From NCBI GenBank assembly GCA_964016885.1, contig OZ024751.1, positions 34,410,001 through 34,474,000 of the forward strand: 64,000 nt of DNA. The letters run 5' to 3'. The first letter of the stretch is position 1, and every line of letters begins with the position of its first letter. Shown here piece after piece: positions 16,235 through 29,131 of the stretch. Both the position numbers and the translations under genes were made by a program. Below the pieces are notes generated by a model. It was given only the letters and a program-made list of their open reading frames with translations, was not told where the DNA came from and did no database searches. The DNA is from Eledone cirrhosa (lineage: Eukaryota).

Positions 16235-16240
<6 letters not shown>
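13001..16240 (+). repeat. Inverted, 5'-truncated PLE copy with a ~490-bp internal deletion
   Basis: Starts inside the endonuclease coding region (ORF 13044-13229 repeats the protein C-terminus), jumps at 13285/13286, ends in (TA)n at 16240. Confidence 0.93.
15895..16049 (+). ncRNA. Type I hammerhead ribozyme (copy 3, inverted arm)
   Basis: Stem I 15895-15904/16040-16049; CTGAAGA 15905-15911; GAAA 16028-16031; predicted cleavage after 16039. Confidence 0.85.
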
Positions 16241-16265
<25 letters not shown>

Positions 16266-16699
16266 CCTATAGGACGTTATAATTGTATTTTCATGTTATA
16301 CGTGGCTTGAGGAATGGCTGGGCTCTCCCTCTTTGGGAATTGAGATTTTTTTCTAAAGTTTCAAGATTATTGCACTTCCTCGCTTCAGCATTTGCCGATC
16401 TTAATCAACGTTAAATGTTAATGATTTTTGCTACGTGGTACCATATAAGTCTGCTAAAAACTCAGTCTTAATGGAAGTATGATAGTTATTCTGTATATTT
16501 TTTTAACCTAATTAGATTGTTCTCAGCAAAATATTAGATATGTTATTTCCTATGATATTGACATCACTCTGGGCTCTTGGATATTTAACTCTAATCCTCT
16601 CATAGAGCTATCATAGAGCCACATAATTGATAATAATTATATATCGATCTCTTTTCAGTTCAATTCCCGGTGTCGCGTTGCATTTCTTTATGCAAGACA

Positions 16700-16934
16700 C
16701 TTTATTTCACGTTGCTCCAATCCACTCAGATAGCAAAAATGTTTTGTACCTCTACTTCAAATGGGCAAATATACCACTTCTGTGTCACAATGAATCTCCC
16801 TGAGAACTCCGTTAAGGATACACGTCTCTGTGAATTATTCAGCACTGGTACATTAATTTCACGAGCTCAGGATATTCCGTATTCCGTTAATCGTATCTAC
16901 TCGAACACTCGTCATCGTAACCGACGGAGTACCA
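16700..16934 (-). mobile_element. Degenerate copy of an abundant interspersed repeat
   Basis: Minus strand ...GAAATTAATGTACCAGTGCTGAATAATTCACAGAGACGTGTATCCTTAACGGAGTTCTC...; homologous pieces at ~39880-39947 (-) and ~21855-21930 (+). Confidence 0.55.
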
Positions 16935-16989
16935 TATATATATATATATATATAATATCGTTTAGATGTATTTAGATGCTTATTGCGAA

Positions 16990-17091
16990 TCGGCCTGTTA
17001 CACGCGTTTCGCAGAGGATTGGTGCAGGGTCACCTATAGAAGTTATAGAACCGACTCCATTATCGATCTGCTCTTCAGACCGGAGATCCGA
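16990..17091 (-). ncRNA. Solo type I hammerhead ribozyme in a ~145-bp insert between (TA)n tracts
   Basis: Minus strand: TCGG-ATCT-CCGGT-CTGAAGA-GCAGA...TCTGC-GAAAC-GCGT-GTA^ACAGG-CCGA; complete core, G-C closing pair of stem II, bulged stem I. Confidence 0.8.
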
Positions 17092-17589
17092 CTACAAATA
17101 TATATACATATATATATATGTGTGTGTGTAAGTGAGAGTGTGCTCCAGGAACCCTACAACTATAACGTAAGCAAATCTAACTTTGAGAAAACTACAATGC
17201 CAGATAACACAGAAAAGGTGATAAAATGAAAATACAACCTCCTAAAATATCTGTTTGTTTAGGTGTGTGTTTGTTGAGATAAGACGACAGAGTGTAATCT
17301 AGAATGTTCTCTGTAATAAATATTATTGTATTGTTTCCATAAAACACATGTAGAAATGGTATTAACAAGGAAGTGATGTGTTTTTGTGTTCCATTTCTTC
17401 TTTCTTTTATTGGAGATTTTCTTAGAGTTACCATTTTTTTTTGTTTCTTATTTCTTCCGTCACTTCATTGAATGAGAATAATAATAGAAGTGTGGAGTAG
17501 GAATATTTTTAATACTGAAATAAATAGCTTTTTCAAGTTGTCTCTTTTTGTTCGATGCTAAACAGGAAAAAAAGTGTCGTTAGGAATGA

Positions 17590-17613
17590 AACAATATAGA
17601 ATGTGCATGCGTT

Positions 17614-17658
<45 letters not shown>

Positions 17659-17707
17659 ATATTTATTTATATATTATACGTGCATGTAAGAATGTGTACA
17701 TGTATTT

Positions 17708-17781
<74 letters not shown>

Positions 17782-18038
17782 GCGTGTATATATATATATA
17801 TATATATATACATGCATATATATTCATATATATATGTATGTATATATATATATACATGCATATATATGCATATATATATCTATATATCTATATATATATA
17901 TATACATGCATATATATGCATATATATATATATGTATATATACATGCATATATATATGTATATATACATGCATATATATGCATATATATGTATATATATA
18001 TAATATATTTATTTATTTATATATATATGTACGTATAT

Positions 18039-18092
<54 letters not shown>

Positions 18093-18137
18093 ATATATAT
18101 ATATTGGCTTTTCGCTACAATGTTTTCTATACCTTTC

Positions 18138-18175
<38 letters not shown>
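17590..18175. repeat. (TA)n-rich compound microsatellite
   Basis: Directly visible. Confidence 0.95.
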
Positions 18176-18176
<1 letters not shown>

Positions 18177-19509
18177 ATTCTTTTTATTGTTAATTTTCGC
18201 TTTCTCGGATTTCGTACATAATGAACCAAAACTGAAAATTGTCCTCAAGTAGTTCTTGTTGGGTTTCCTTTTTAAAAGTTTCCTAGAAAATTACAATAAA
18301 AAACAAACAAAGCAAAATAAAGTCGATATTATTTGTTCTTTTTTTATGTTCATTTCAAATTTATCCACCTATGAATGACGTTTTGATGTTCTTATCAAGC
18401 TTGAGAATTACATAAAAATATAATAAAAGCGGGAGAATATATTGTATATGAAGCATTATAAAATATATGGTTAGCATTGTTTTACGAAAGATTGTACAAG
18501 ACATGTTAGAAATACAGCCGTGAAAAGCACCAGGTTGACGTCGTCTGCATCTGCTGAGGCAGGTCTATCACGACCCCGTTCGAGTGTGAGGCCCTGCAAC
18601 AACACCAGCTTCTACAGAAGTGGCTAAAAACACTGCCTATACAGAAGGGGGGGGGGTATCATTCATTGACCGAGTGCCTGATCTGTAACCCCACCGACTT
18701 CGAGTTGATCTTTGATACCAACTCCTCGGGTGGAACGGCTATGTTGACCCAAGTCTTATTCACTTTTGTTTTCTGGTTACTATCGAGAAAATGTAGCATC
18801 TTTTCTTCGTGTAGGTTTTCGTTTTCAGTGTTCTATGGATAAAAAATAGGAGTTCACCTTTATTTTCATTTGCGCGTGGGAGGGGACTTTTATGGCATAA
18901 TTTGGAAACAAAAAATGGATTTTTTAGGCCCATGGCCCAAATATTATCGAGTCGTCTTTTCTGAAGGTAATGCAAAAGAGGGAAAAAATCAACAAAACTT
19001 ACGGAGCAAAAGTAAACGTGACGACAACCTGAGATACCGATAATAATAATAATACAAATAGCATGTCAGAATTCCCACCAAACAATGACACTTCCCTGGG
19101 ATGAAGAGGTGGCGATTATTTAAAAAATCTGAGGAAAATGAAGCAAATTAAAAGCTATTTTTTTATGTCCGCCATTATATGTATATATATGTCTGTCTGC
19201 TTATATGTGTGTGCATCTGTGTATGCCAGTATGTGTGTGTGTGTACGTATAGCCATGTGTGTTCATGTATATGTATATATATATGTATGCACACACACGC
19301 TCACACACACACATATATATATGAATGTGTTTGTGTGTGTATATGTGTGTCTATGTATGACTACGTGATAAACAGGACAGAGAAATATCCAAAATAGAAC
19401 TTCAGTGGTAATTTTCTCTTTCAACTCTTCTAAGCGTCCTTGTTATGTAGTGTCATTATTGGTCATTAAAACACCTTTTGCTTTATAGACACTCTTCGCT
19501 AACACATTT

Positions 19510-20125
19510 GTCACTTCACTCTATCTCTCTCACATATACATTCTGTCTCTCTCTCTCTCTCACATACATTCTCTCGATCTCTCTCTCATACATTCTGTCT
19601 ATCTCTCTCTCACATACATTCTCTCTATCTATCTGTCACATATCCATTCTCTCTATCTCTCTCACACACATAGATTCTTACTATCTCTCTTTCTCTTTAT
19701 CTCACACACTCTCCCACTCTCTCACCCACACATACATTCTTACTATATCTCTCACACACTCTCTCCCTCTCTCTTTCTCTCAAGTACACATTGTCTCTCT
19801 ACCATAATTCTACTACTTTATACACACCTATAATATCTAGCTTTCTCTCTCTTTTTCTCTCTCTCTCGCTCACACACACCCCTCTCACTCCCTCTCACCC
19901 CCCCCTCTCTCTCTCGCTCACACACACACCTCTCTCTCCCTCTCACCCTCCCTCTCTCTCTCGCTCACACACACACCTCTCTCCCCCTCTCACCCCCCTC
20001 TCTCTTTCTCTCTCGCCCTCCTTCCAACAAACACGTGTTCACTTTTTCTACAACTATCACACCAACTACACTCTCCCTCTCCTTCTTTCTCTCTAATTAC
20101 TCTCTCTATCTCTCTCTCTCTTCAA
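19510..20125. repeat. (CT)n/(CA)n-rich low-complexity tract
   Basis: Directly visible. Confidence 0.9.
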
Positions 20126-20644
20126 AACTACACAAACTTCCTTTTTCTCTCAATATTTCACTAATTTCTACCAATTATTCTCACGCTTGTCCTCTTAATC
20201 TTGATCCCCATTTCCTTTCTATCTCCGATTATTACTAAATCATCTCCCGATCATATTTTGCTTGTCTGGTCCCTGTTTGACACAATTTCTATTCCTGTGA
20301 AGTCCCAGTTCAGTCCTAACTCAGTCCCAGTTCAACCCCAGTTCTATCCTAGTTCAGACCTCATGTATTTGACCAATGACCAAAGATGTTCTGGGTGTAA
20401 TCAATACATCTGTTGATGTATAAAAGAGTACAATACCCAATGTACTCCTTTTAAGACGGTATACTGGACATACAGATGTGGCTGCCATTACTAGAAGTTA
20501 GATCGATCAGTTAGAGTGGCCTTTAGTCTCGTCTTATTTAGATAGAAATTCTGAGAAAGATTCAGTGATATTTGTTAAATGAAACTCACCTAGATCTCGA
20601 TATTAATTTCTTTTAATGTCCACTTGGTTGGGAGCTGACAGAAA

Positions 20645-21050
20645 TAACAGCAGCAGCAGTAGCAACGATAGTAATACCACTAGCAACAACAGCAACAGTA
20701 ACAACAGCAACAATAACAGTAACATAAGCAGTAATAACAGAACCTAACAACAACATCAATAGGAACAGTAACAAGAGCGACTGTAACAGCAGCAATACTA
20801 ATAACAGTAACAACAGCATCAGTAATGGTAACAGTAACAACATCATCAGTAACAACATCACCAGTAACAACATTATCAGTAACAACAGCAACAGTAACAA
20901 CAGCATCAGTAATGGTAACAGTAACAACAGCATCAGTAATGGTAACAGTAAAAACAGCATCAGTAATGGTAACAGTAACAACAGCATCAGTAATGGTAAT
21001 AGTAACAACAGCATCAGTAATGGTAACAGTAACAACAGCATCAGTAATGG
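20645..21050. repeat. AAC/AGC/AGT trinucleotide tract grading into a 30-bp minisatellite
   Basis: ACAGCATCAGTAATGGTAACAGTAACA-type unit repeated about five times over 20900-21050. Confidence 0.9.
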
Positions 21051-22699
21051 CCGTAAGTAATTCATACGAGATTTCATGAGATAGAAAGCCTATTTAAAAC
21101 TATATAACAATAAAATAAAGAAATGAAAGAGAAAGAAGAAAGGCAAAGCAAACACACAAGTGAATGGTGAACATTATAATAAAAGGGTGGCAGACCATGA
21201 AAAGATTATTCCTGTAACCAGTCGACAGTTAATAAATTGACTAGCAATCTCTCATTTATTATTTACTATAAACGAAGAAACAGATCAGACTGGATGATGC
21301 CTGCTTTTAAAACTTTCAGCAAGAATTATTAACAGCTTCGAACCGACTACAGAAGCTCAAAGACATAACCTACTGCTGTAAAAGCTGTAATGGAATCATT
21401 CTGTCATTACCATAACAGAAGTCCGATGGGCCTTTGATTCCAGAGTCGGTCCCGATGGATACAGATCGAACATTGAGCTGATCAATTGCGAAACGCACGT
21501 CACACTTAATAAATGTAATGAAAATTTAACACCTTGTCCATATATTACTACTACCACTACTACTCCCACCACCACTATTACTGTTACTACTACTACCACT
21601 GCTGCTGCTGCTGCTACCACCACCACAACCACCACCACCACTACTGCCACTACCACCACCACCTGCTCATTGCTAAATTATGATACATTTTAGAAGGAGA
21701 ATTAAGACTTCATTTTCAAATCTAATCCCCTTACAGTATTAAAAGGGTTAACTTAATTCTCGGATTAAGGCAAACACGACTGCACTTGGAATCACAAGTA
21801 CATCCAACCATCCTCCAAACATCTCCCGTATGTCACATCTTACTCTGACATTTAGGTACGTTTAAGGCAACTTTAGAGTAGATTCGATATAACACAGTAT
21901 GTGACAAAGGCTGGACCTTGGAATTACCATGACAACTTATCGGAAGAGTTTCCAAACATGTTCCAACTGCACATGTTCACTCACAAGGCTTGTGTCAATC
22001 CGAATCCTTGGTAAAATACATGTTTCCAAACATCACAAAGTGGAGTCGAAGCTGAAATCTAATGCTTGTGAAACGAACTTGTTAACAATATCGTTATGGT
22101 GCATTATTCTCGTCTTAATATACAGCAATGCGAAATATACTCTTTGTCTTGTTTCTTTAAAACTACTTAGATCGTATATAATATTTCATTTAATAAATTG
22201 TTTACCTTTTCTTTTCCCTCTGTCCTTATTTCCTTCCTTCCTTCACATTTGTTATTGTTGCTTCTTCTGCTGCTGCTGCTGTTGCTGTTTCAGCTTTTGT
22301 TGTTGTTGTAGTTTTACTAATATTTATATTATTTCTTCAGAAAAACCTTAATGCTCTTTTGGCATGTGCTCAGTGGAGCTGAGCCATTTTAAGTTGCTAT
22401 ATGAACCGGACAGTTAAAAGTTAGAGGCAGCTAATAATTAACTAGGTCTTTTTTTACTTCCTGTTTGATGGTGTTAGAAGCCTAAAAGGAAACACAATAT
22501 ATTATCAATGGCGTTTCTGGACAACAACAATAACAACAACAACAATGACAACGCCAAAAAAGCACATCAACAACAACAAAGTAAACCATAAAATACCCAA
22601 TAACAACAACAAATATAAAACAATTAATATTATCAAAAGCTTCAAGAGAGAAAGTAATGAAGAATTTAAAAATAATAATACAAATGCAGAAAACAAACA

Positions 22700-22730
<31 letters not shown>

Positions 22731-22830
22731 ATAGATAAATAAATAAATAAATAACGACTTGGAATGAAATATTTAAAAGAACAATTGAGTAAAGCTTTAA
22801 AGATTTTAATATAATTAATCATTTTAATTC

Positions 22831-22869
<39 letters not shown>

Positions 22870-23029
22870 CGTTATTATTGTTGTTGCTGTTTCTGGACTG
22901 TACGCCACGCTGTTTAAGCTCTGTAAGTTTTGTTGAGTTTCAACTGTTTTTGTATTGTTTTTCTTTTCAATATATATGTTTATTTCTGTGGCTAAATCGA
23001 CAACAAATGTCACTCATAACATGAAGTAA

Positions 23030-23400
23030 GGACATTAAGTAACAGGGAGAGACTCATCATTTCAAGAGGTCACCTGTTCGGACCACACATTCGTGATTTC
23101 CATGGAGAACCAATATAGAACACTTAGACAGGGACCAGGTTACTGGAAGCTTAATGTTAAGTTCTCGGAGTGTAAAACCTACAGTGACCGTATTAACACT
23201 TGGTTAAGGACCAGCGGAGATGGACAGTCGGCATCAACATGTGGTATGACACTCTCATGAGAGTGATTAGAGTAGAATCAATGGCACCTAGTAAAGAAGT
23301 AGCGATAGATATAGAAAGTGGGAGTTAGTAGGTAAATCAGAAGAGCTGATTAGGAGTGGAATTGAAACTGACGTGTTAGTTGCGGAAATGTTTCTGGACC
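23030..23400 (+). pseudogene. L1/Tx1-clade LINE ORF2 fragment (end of the APE endonuclease)
   Basis: Hand translation FQEVTCSDHTFV...RQGPGYWKLNVKF; SDH followed by GPGYWKLN is typical of L1/Tx1 ORF2; frameshifted downstream. Confidence 0.75.
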
Positions 23401-23602
23401 TTCAATGAGAAAGAAGAAGGTGGCATTGACAGAGATAAGGCACGTGGTCTAAGAAACGGAGGAACGAAACTTTTCGATGTTCCCGAGTGACGGAGATGAA
23501 GTCAGGCAACACAGCCACAGTTTGGTGGACCAACAACAGCACGTGCGGTTCGATTCCAAGCAGGTGCGTGTGTGTATATAGCCTCAATGCTTCATAAGTC
23601 GA

Positions 23603-23745
<143 letters not shown>

Positions 23746-24002
23746 ATCTACACACCTTTATAAGTAAATACATATAAGGAAATCAGTAAATAAAATCAAA
23801 CCACGATAAATTTATTTGTAATACGTTTGTGGAAAATTTCTCTTTCCGTTAATTCTATTTTCGTCTTTTATTGATTTAGTTGTCGGTGGTTCCGTCACTG
23901 GAATATACAGCTTTTATTAGCAACATTGCTGCTATATACACAAACACACATATGTATGTGCGTGTGTATATGTGTGTGTGTGTGCATATATATATATATA
24001 TG

Positions 24003-24034
<32 letters not shown>

Positions 24035-24337
24035 AAAAGTAAACGGAAATAAGAAAGTAAACGATACAGAACAATAAAGAAATATATTAGTTTACCGCTG
24101 AAAAGAACTTAACGTTTCAGACATAAGTCTTTCAGCAGAATATAGAATGAGGAATGAAAGATAAAATAGAAAGAGAGGGACAAGAGAAAGGAACGTAGAA
24201 AAAAATGATTGAGAAAGAAACACACGTGTGTATTTAGTCAGCCATTTTGTGTGTGTGTGTATATATATCCAGGGAGAATGATATGTTCTCACACACACTC
24301 ACATATATAAGCGCATAAATTGATAGCTAGGAGCATA

Positions 24338-24418
<81 letters not shown>

Positions 24419-24534
24419 ACTAAGAAAGATATCAGGTTTGTCTGCTAATTTCATTTCATGCCCAACAGTTGGCATTACTTGTGACATCAAAGGGGTAATG
24501 TTGGGAATGTGAAGGTACATGTTGTGATGAAGTG

Positions 24535-24965
24535 GTCTTGGTGGTGGTAGTGGTGGTGACAATGCTACTTCTGGTGGTGGTGGTGTGGTGGTGGTGGTGG
24601 TGGTGGTGACAGTGTTACCTCTGGTGGTGGTGGTGGTGACGGTGCTACCTCTGGTGGTGGTGGTGGTGGCAGTGGGACTTGTGGTGGTGGTGACAATGGT
24701 ACTTCTGGTGGCGGTGACGGTGACAGTGCTACGTGTGGTGGTGGTGGGGACAGTGCTATCTCTGGTGGTGGTGGATGGGAGACATTAATTCTCTTTGCCA
24801 TATTACTAAAGTTAAAACAACTACGCAACAGCAACAACTCTAGACTATTCGAGACGCCCGAAGAAATTTCAAATATAGTTTTCAACTTTTGGAAAACACA
24901 TTCTTGGAAACATACACACACATTAACATACACGCACACACACACGCACACACACACATACACAA

Positions 24966-25009
<44 letters not shown>

Positions 25010-25875
25010 CCGTCTGTGTCCTTGAGGTTATGATTAGACTTTGGATTCGAAAGTTGTGAAGGTAAACAAGTTGGTGAAAACATTCACATAGATACAGTGG
25101 TGCTGGTGGTGGTGGTGGTGGTGGTGGCATTAGCGGTGGTGGTGGTGGTGGTGGTGGTGGTGGTGGCGGCGGTGGTGGTGGCGGTGGTGGTGGTGGTGGC
25201 CTTGGTGGTGGTGCTGGTGCTGCTGCTGCTGTTGGTTATGGTGGTGGTGGTGGTGGTGGTGCTGTTGTTGTGGTTGTTGTTGTTGGTGGTGCTGCTGTGG
25301 CTGCTGCTGTTGTGGTTGGTTATGTTGGTGGTACTGTTGTTGTTGGTGGTGGTGGTGCTGCTGCGGCTGCTGCTGTTGTGGTTGGTTATGGTGGTGGTAC
25401 TGTTGTTGTTGTTGTTGGTGGTGCTGCTGCTGCTGTTGTGGTTGGTTATGGTGGTGGTGGTGGTGGTGGTGGTGGTTATGGTGATGGTGGTGGTGGTGGT
25501 GTTGTTGTTCTTGTGGTTGGTTGTCGTGCTGTTGTTGTAGTGGTGCTGGTGGTGGTGGTTATGGTGGTGGTGCTGTTGTTGTGATTGTTGTTGTTGTTGG
25601 TGGTGGTGGTGGTGGTGCTGCTGCTGTTGTGGTTGGTTATGGTGGTGGTGGTGGCGGTTCTGCTGCTGCTGCTGTTGTGGTTGGTTATGGTGCTGGTGGT
25701 GGTGGTTATGGTGGTGGTGCTGTTGTTGTGTTTGGTTATGGTGGTGGTGGTGTTGTTGTTCTTGTGGTTGGTTGTCATGCTGTTGTTGTAGTGGTGCTGG
25801 TGGTTGTTGTGCCAATGTTGGTGGTTGTTGTGCCAGTGTTGTTGGAGGTGGCGGTGGCTCTGTTGTTGTTGGTGA
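24535..25875. repeat. (GGT)n/(TTG)n/(CTG)n compound trinucleotide tracts
   Basis: Directly visible; interrupted by non-repetitive and (CA/TA)n sequence at ~24780-25095. Confidence 0.9.
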
Positions 25876-26544
25876 TATATTTGGTAATGGTGCCACGTTT
25901 TGGGGCGAAATTGTTTGATATAGTGTCTGACGGGAGACATTATTGTATCTCTTCCGGGTCTGTTTGTTTTGAGTTCAAATTCCATTTCTTGTCATCAGAA
26001 AACTCTGGCGTTAGGGTTAGGGTTACGTTGCTGCCAGATTGTGACAGAGAGATAGTTTCAGTTATGTAAACACCAACGGAATTATACTTTCCTTTGTCTG
26101 AGCGGACAGTTAACACCTTTCTTCTGCCAGCTGTTGTGATATACAGATAGTATCAGCGATGGAAAGACCAGGGAGAACATAGTTTTCTTGGTATGATCTG
26201 ACGGCTCTCTCCTTTTCCTCCACCAGGAGTTGTGGCAGACAGAGAGCATCAGCAACGGAAAAACCAGTCTGTTTGGTCTGATCTGACGACTTCCCTCTGC
26301 TGCTAGCAGTTGTTATAGACATATAGTATCATAAATTCAGAGACCAATGGAAGTATAATTTCCTTTGAGTGATCTGGCAGTTAACTATTGTTTTTCTGTG
26401 AGGAGTTGTGATAGAGGGATAGTGTTAGGGTTAGGGATAGTGTTAGTAACAAAAGACCAATGAAAACATAGTTTACTCGGTATGATTTGACGGTCGACTC
26501 CTTTCCATTTTTATACTCAATCAGAGCTGGAATAAAACAATAAT

Positions 26545-26900
26545 TACAACAATAACAACAGCAAAATCAGAGTAACAATAATAATATCAACAACAACATC
26601 AGTAGCTATAACAACAGAATAAATAAAAACAACAGTGCCAACAAAACTAATAACAACAAGAATAACAACACCAAAAGTAGCAATAACAAGAGTAACAATA
26701 ACAGCAATAACAACAACAACAACAGCAGCAGTAGCAACAAAACTAACAATAACAACAGTACCAACAAAACTAACAACAAAAGTAGCAATAACAACAACAA
26801 CAACAACAACAAAAGTAGCAATAACAACAACAACAACAACAAAAGTAGCAATAACAACAGTAGCAACAATAACAACAGTAGCAACAATAGCAACACGAGC
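26545..26900. repeat. (AAC/AAT/AGC)n tract
   Basis: Directly visible. Confidence 0.9.
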
Positions 26901-27421
26901 AACTGTGACTTTCAGTACATACAGCAGACACAAAACATACTATTTACCTTTCTTTCTTTGGTAATTAATGAAACTGACAGATTCAATTAATATTGCTTAG
27001 TGATTAATTAATATTTAGTGCATTTATAGATCGAACTTTATTGATTTTTGTGTATTTGTTTACATATATTGTTTTGTTTGTTTGTTTGTTTTTTTCCAAT
27101 CACCAATCAAGCAATGTCTGATGTCTTACATTTATCTTACTTATCTCTTCTCTCGATTTCTGTTTTTATACATACACATATATATACATATACAGAGGCA
27201 CACACACACATATATATATACATATACATATACAGAGGCACACACACACATATGTATATATGTATATATATATAAACATACTTCTACATAAACATACCTG
27301 CACATATATCCATATGAACATATACCCAAATATACAAGTGCATATATGTATGTGTGTGTATGGTTATATTGTGGTTTACCAATACATATATATGTATTGG
27401 TAAACCACAATATAACCATAT

Positions 27422-27491
<70 letters not shown>

Positions 27492-27875
27492 ATATGTGTG
27501 TGTGTGTGTGTATGTGTATTTATATGTCGTTGGTCAATATCTATTAAAACATCGATAATTTGTGTTTTACCCCCCACCCGCGACCACATCTGTCTACAGC
27601 AGTGTTTCACTAACAAGTAGTCAGCCCAGTCTGTAATTCAGAAAAAAGCACTTAAAATATTTTGTTTCCTCATCTATCAAACATAAAATATAAGAAGATA
27701 AATATAAAACCTAATAATATACAAATTATAAAATAATGTAAAATAGAATATAATGAAACATAATGGAACAACATAAAGAAAAAATATTCCATTAAAATAG
27801 ATGATGTTGCTGGGAGTGATGTAAGGAGGAGGGGGATAGTGTGTTAGACCAATGTTACTGGACTGAGTTAGAGGA

Positions 27876-28731
27876 GACCATTGTCAATTGGATTGAGGTA
27901 AGGAGAGCTGAGAATGTTTAGAGTAATTCGAGGTTTGTGGATCTAAGATAAAACCAATGTTAGTGTGACTGAGGTAAGAAGAGACCATTGTCAATTGGAT
28001 TGAGGTAAGGAGAGCTGAGAATGTTTAGAGTAATTCGAGGTTTGTGGATCTAAGATAAAACCAATGTTAGTGTGACTGAGGTAAGAAGAGACCATTGTCA
28101 ATTGGATTGAGGTAAGGAGAGCTGAGAATGTTTAGAGTAATTCGAGGTTTGTGGATCTAAGATAAAACCAATGTTAGTGTGACTGAGGTAAGAAGAGACC
28201 ATTGTCAATTGGATTGAGGTAAGGAGAGCTGAGAATGTTTAGAGTAATTCGAGGTTTGTGGATCTAAGATAAAACCAATGTTAGTGTGACTGAGGTAAGA
28301 AGAGACCATTGTCAATTGGATTGAGGTAAGGAGAGCTGAGAATGTTTAGAGTAATTCGAGGTTTGTGGATCTAAGATAAAACCAATGTTAGTGTGACTGA
28401 GGTAAGAAGAGACCATTGTCAATTGGATTGAGGTAAGGAGAGCTGAGAATGTTTAGAGTAATTCGAGGTTTGTGGATCTAAGATAAAACCAATGTTAGTG
28501 TGACTGAGGTAAGAAGAGACCATTGTCAATTGGATTGAGGTAAGGAGAGCTGAGAATGTTTAGAGTAATTCGAGGTTTGTGGATCTAAGATAAAACCAAT
28601 GTTAGTGTGACTGAGGTAAGAAGAGACCATTGTCAATTGAATTGAGGTAAGGAGAGCTGAGAATGTTTAGAGTAATTCGTGGTTTGTGGTTATAAGTTAA
28701 ATCTAATGTTAGTGTGACTGAGGTAAGACGA
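27876..28731. repeat. 107-bp minisatellite, 8 copies
   Basis: GACCATTGTCAATTG starts at 27876, 27983, 28090, 28197, 28304, 28411, 28518 and 28625; last copy diverged; degenerate related sequence on both flanks. Confidence 0.97.
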
Positions 28732-29131
28732 ATACTAATGGCTCTAACTTAAAGAAAACTGAGAAGCTGTGAGGAAGACTAGTGTTAGTGTTACTGGGGT
28801 AACGAGAATAGAGAAGCTATATGTAAAACCAATATTAGTGTGAATGAGGTAAGGAGAAACTAAGATATTTAAGGAAGCCAATGTTTGTGGGTTTCAGATA
28901 AGGCCAGTGTTCGTGGGATTGACGTAAGAAGAACTGAAGATGTTTTAGTATGTACAGTTTTGTAATGAGGTGTATTTGTGTTGTGTACAGTAAATGTAAG
29001 TGTGTTAATATGGGTATATCTGCACACATACGTGTGTGTAAATACATCTACGTATGTGTGTGCCTCTCTGCGTGACTGTGTGTCCGTATGTATATATATG
29101 TGAATATATATATATGTGAATATATATATGT

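Noticed and set aside
16350-16395. Minus-strand CTGAAGC...GAAAC hammerhead-like motif
   Set aside because: Core mismatch, weak stem II, no stem I.
25084-25896. Q/H/T-rich and poly-V/G ORFs
   Set aside because: Trinucleotide repeat tract with no splice or domain support.
27876-28731. CRISPR-like regular array (also 1204-1513, 38341-38557, 41070-41520)
   Set aside because: Whole units repeat with no unique spacers, no cas genes, eukaryotic context.
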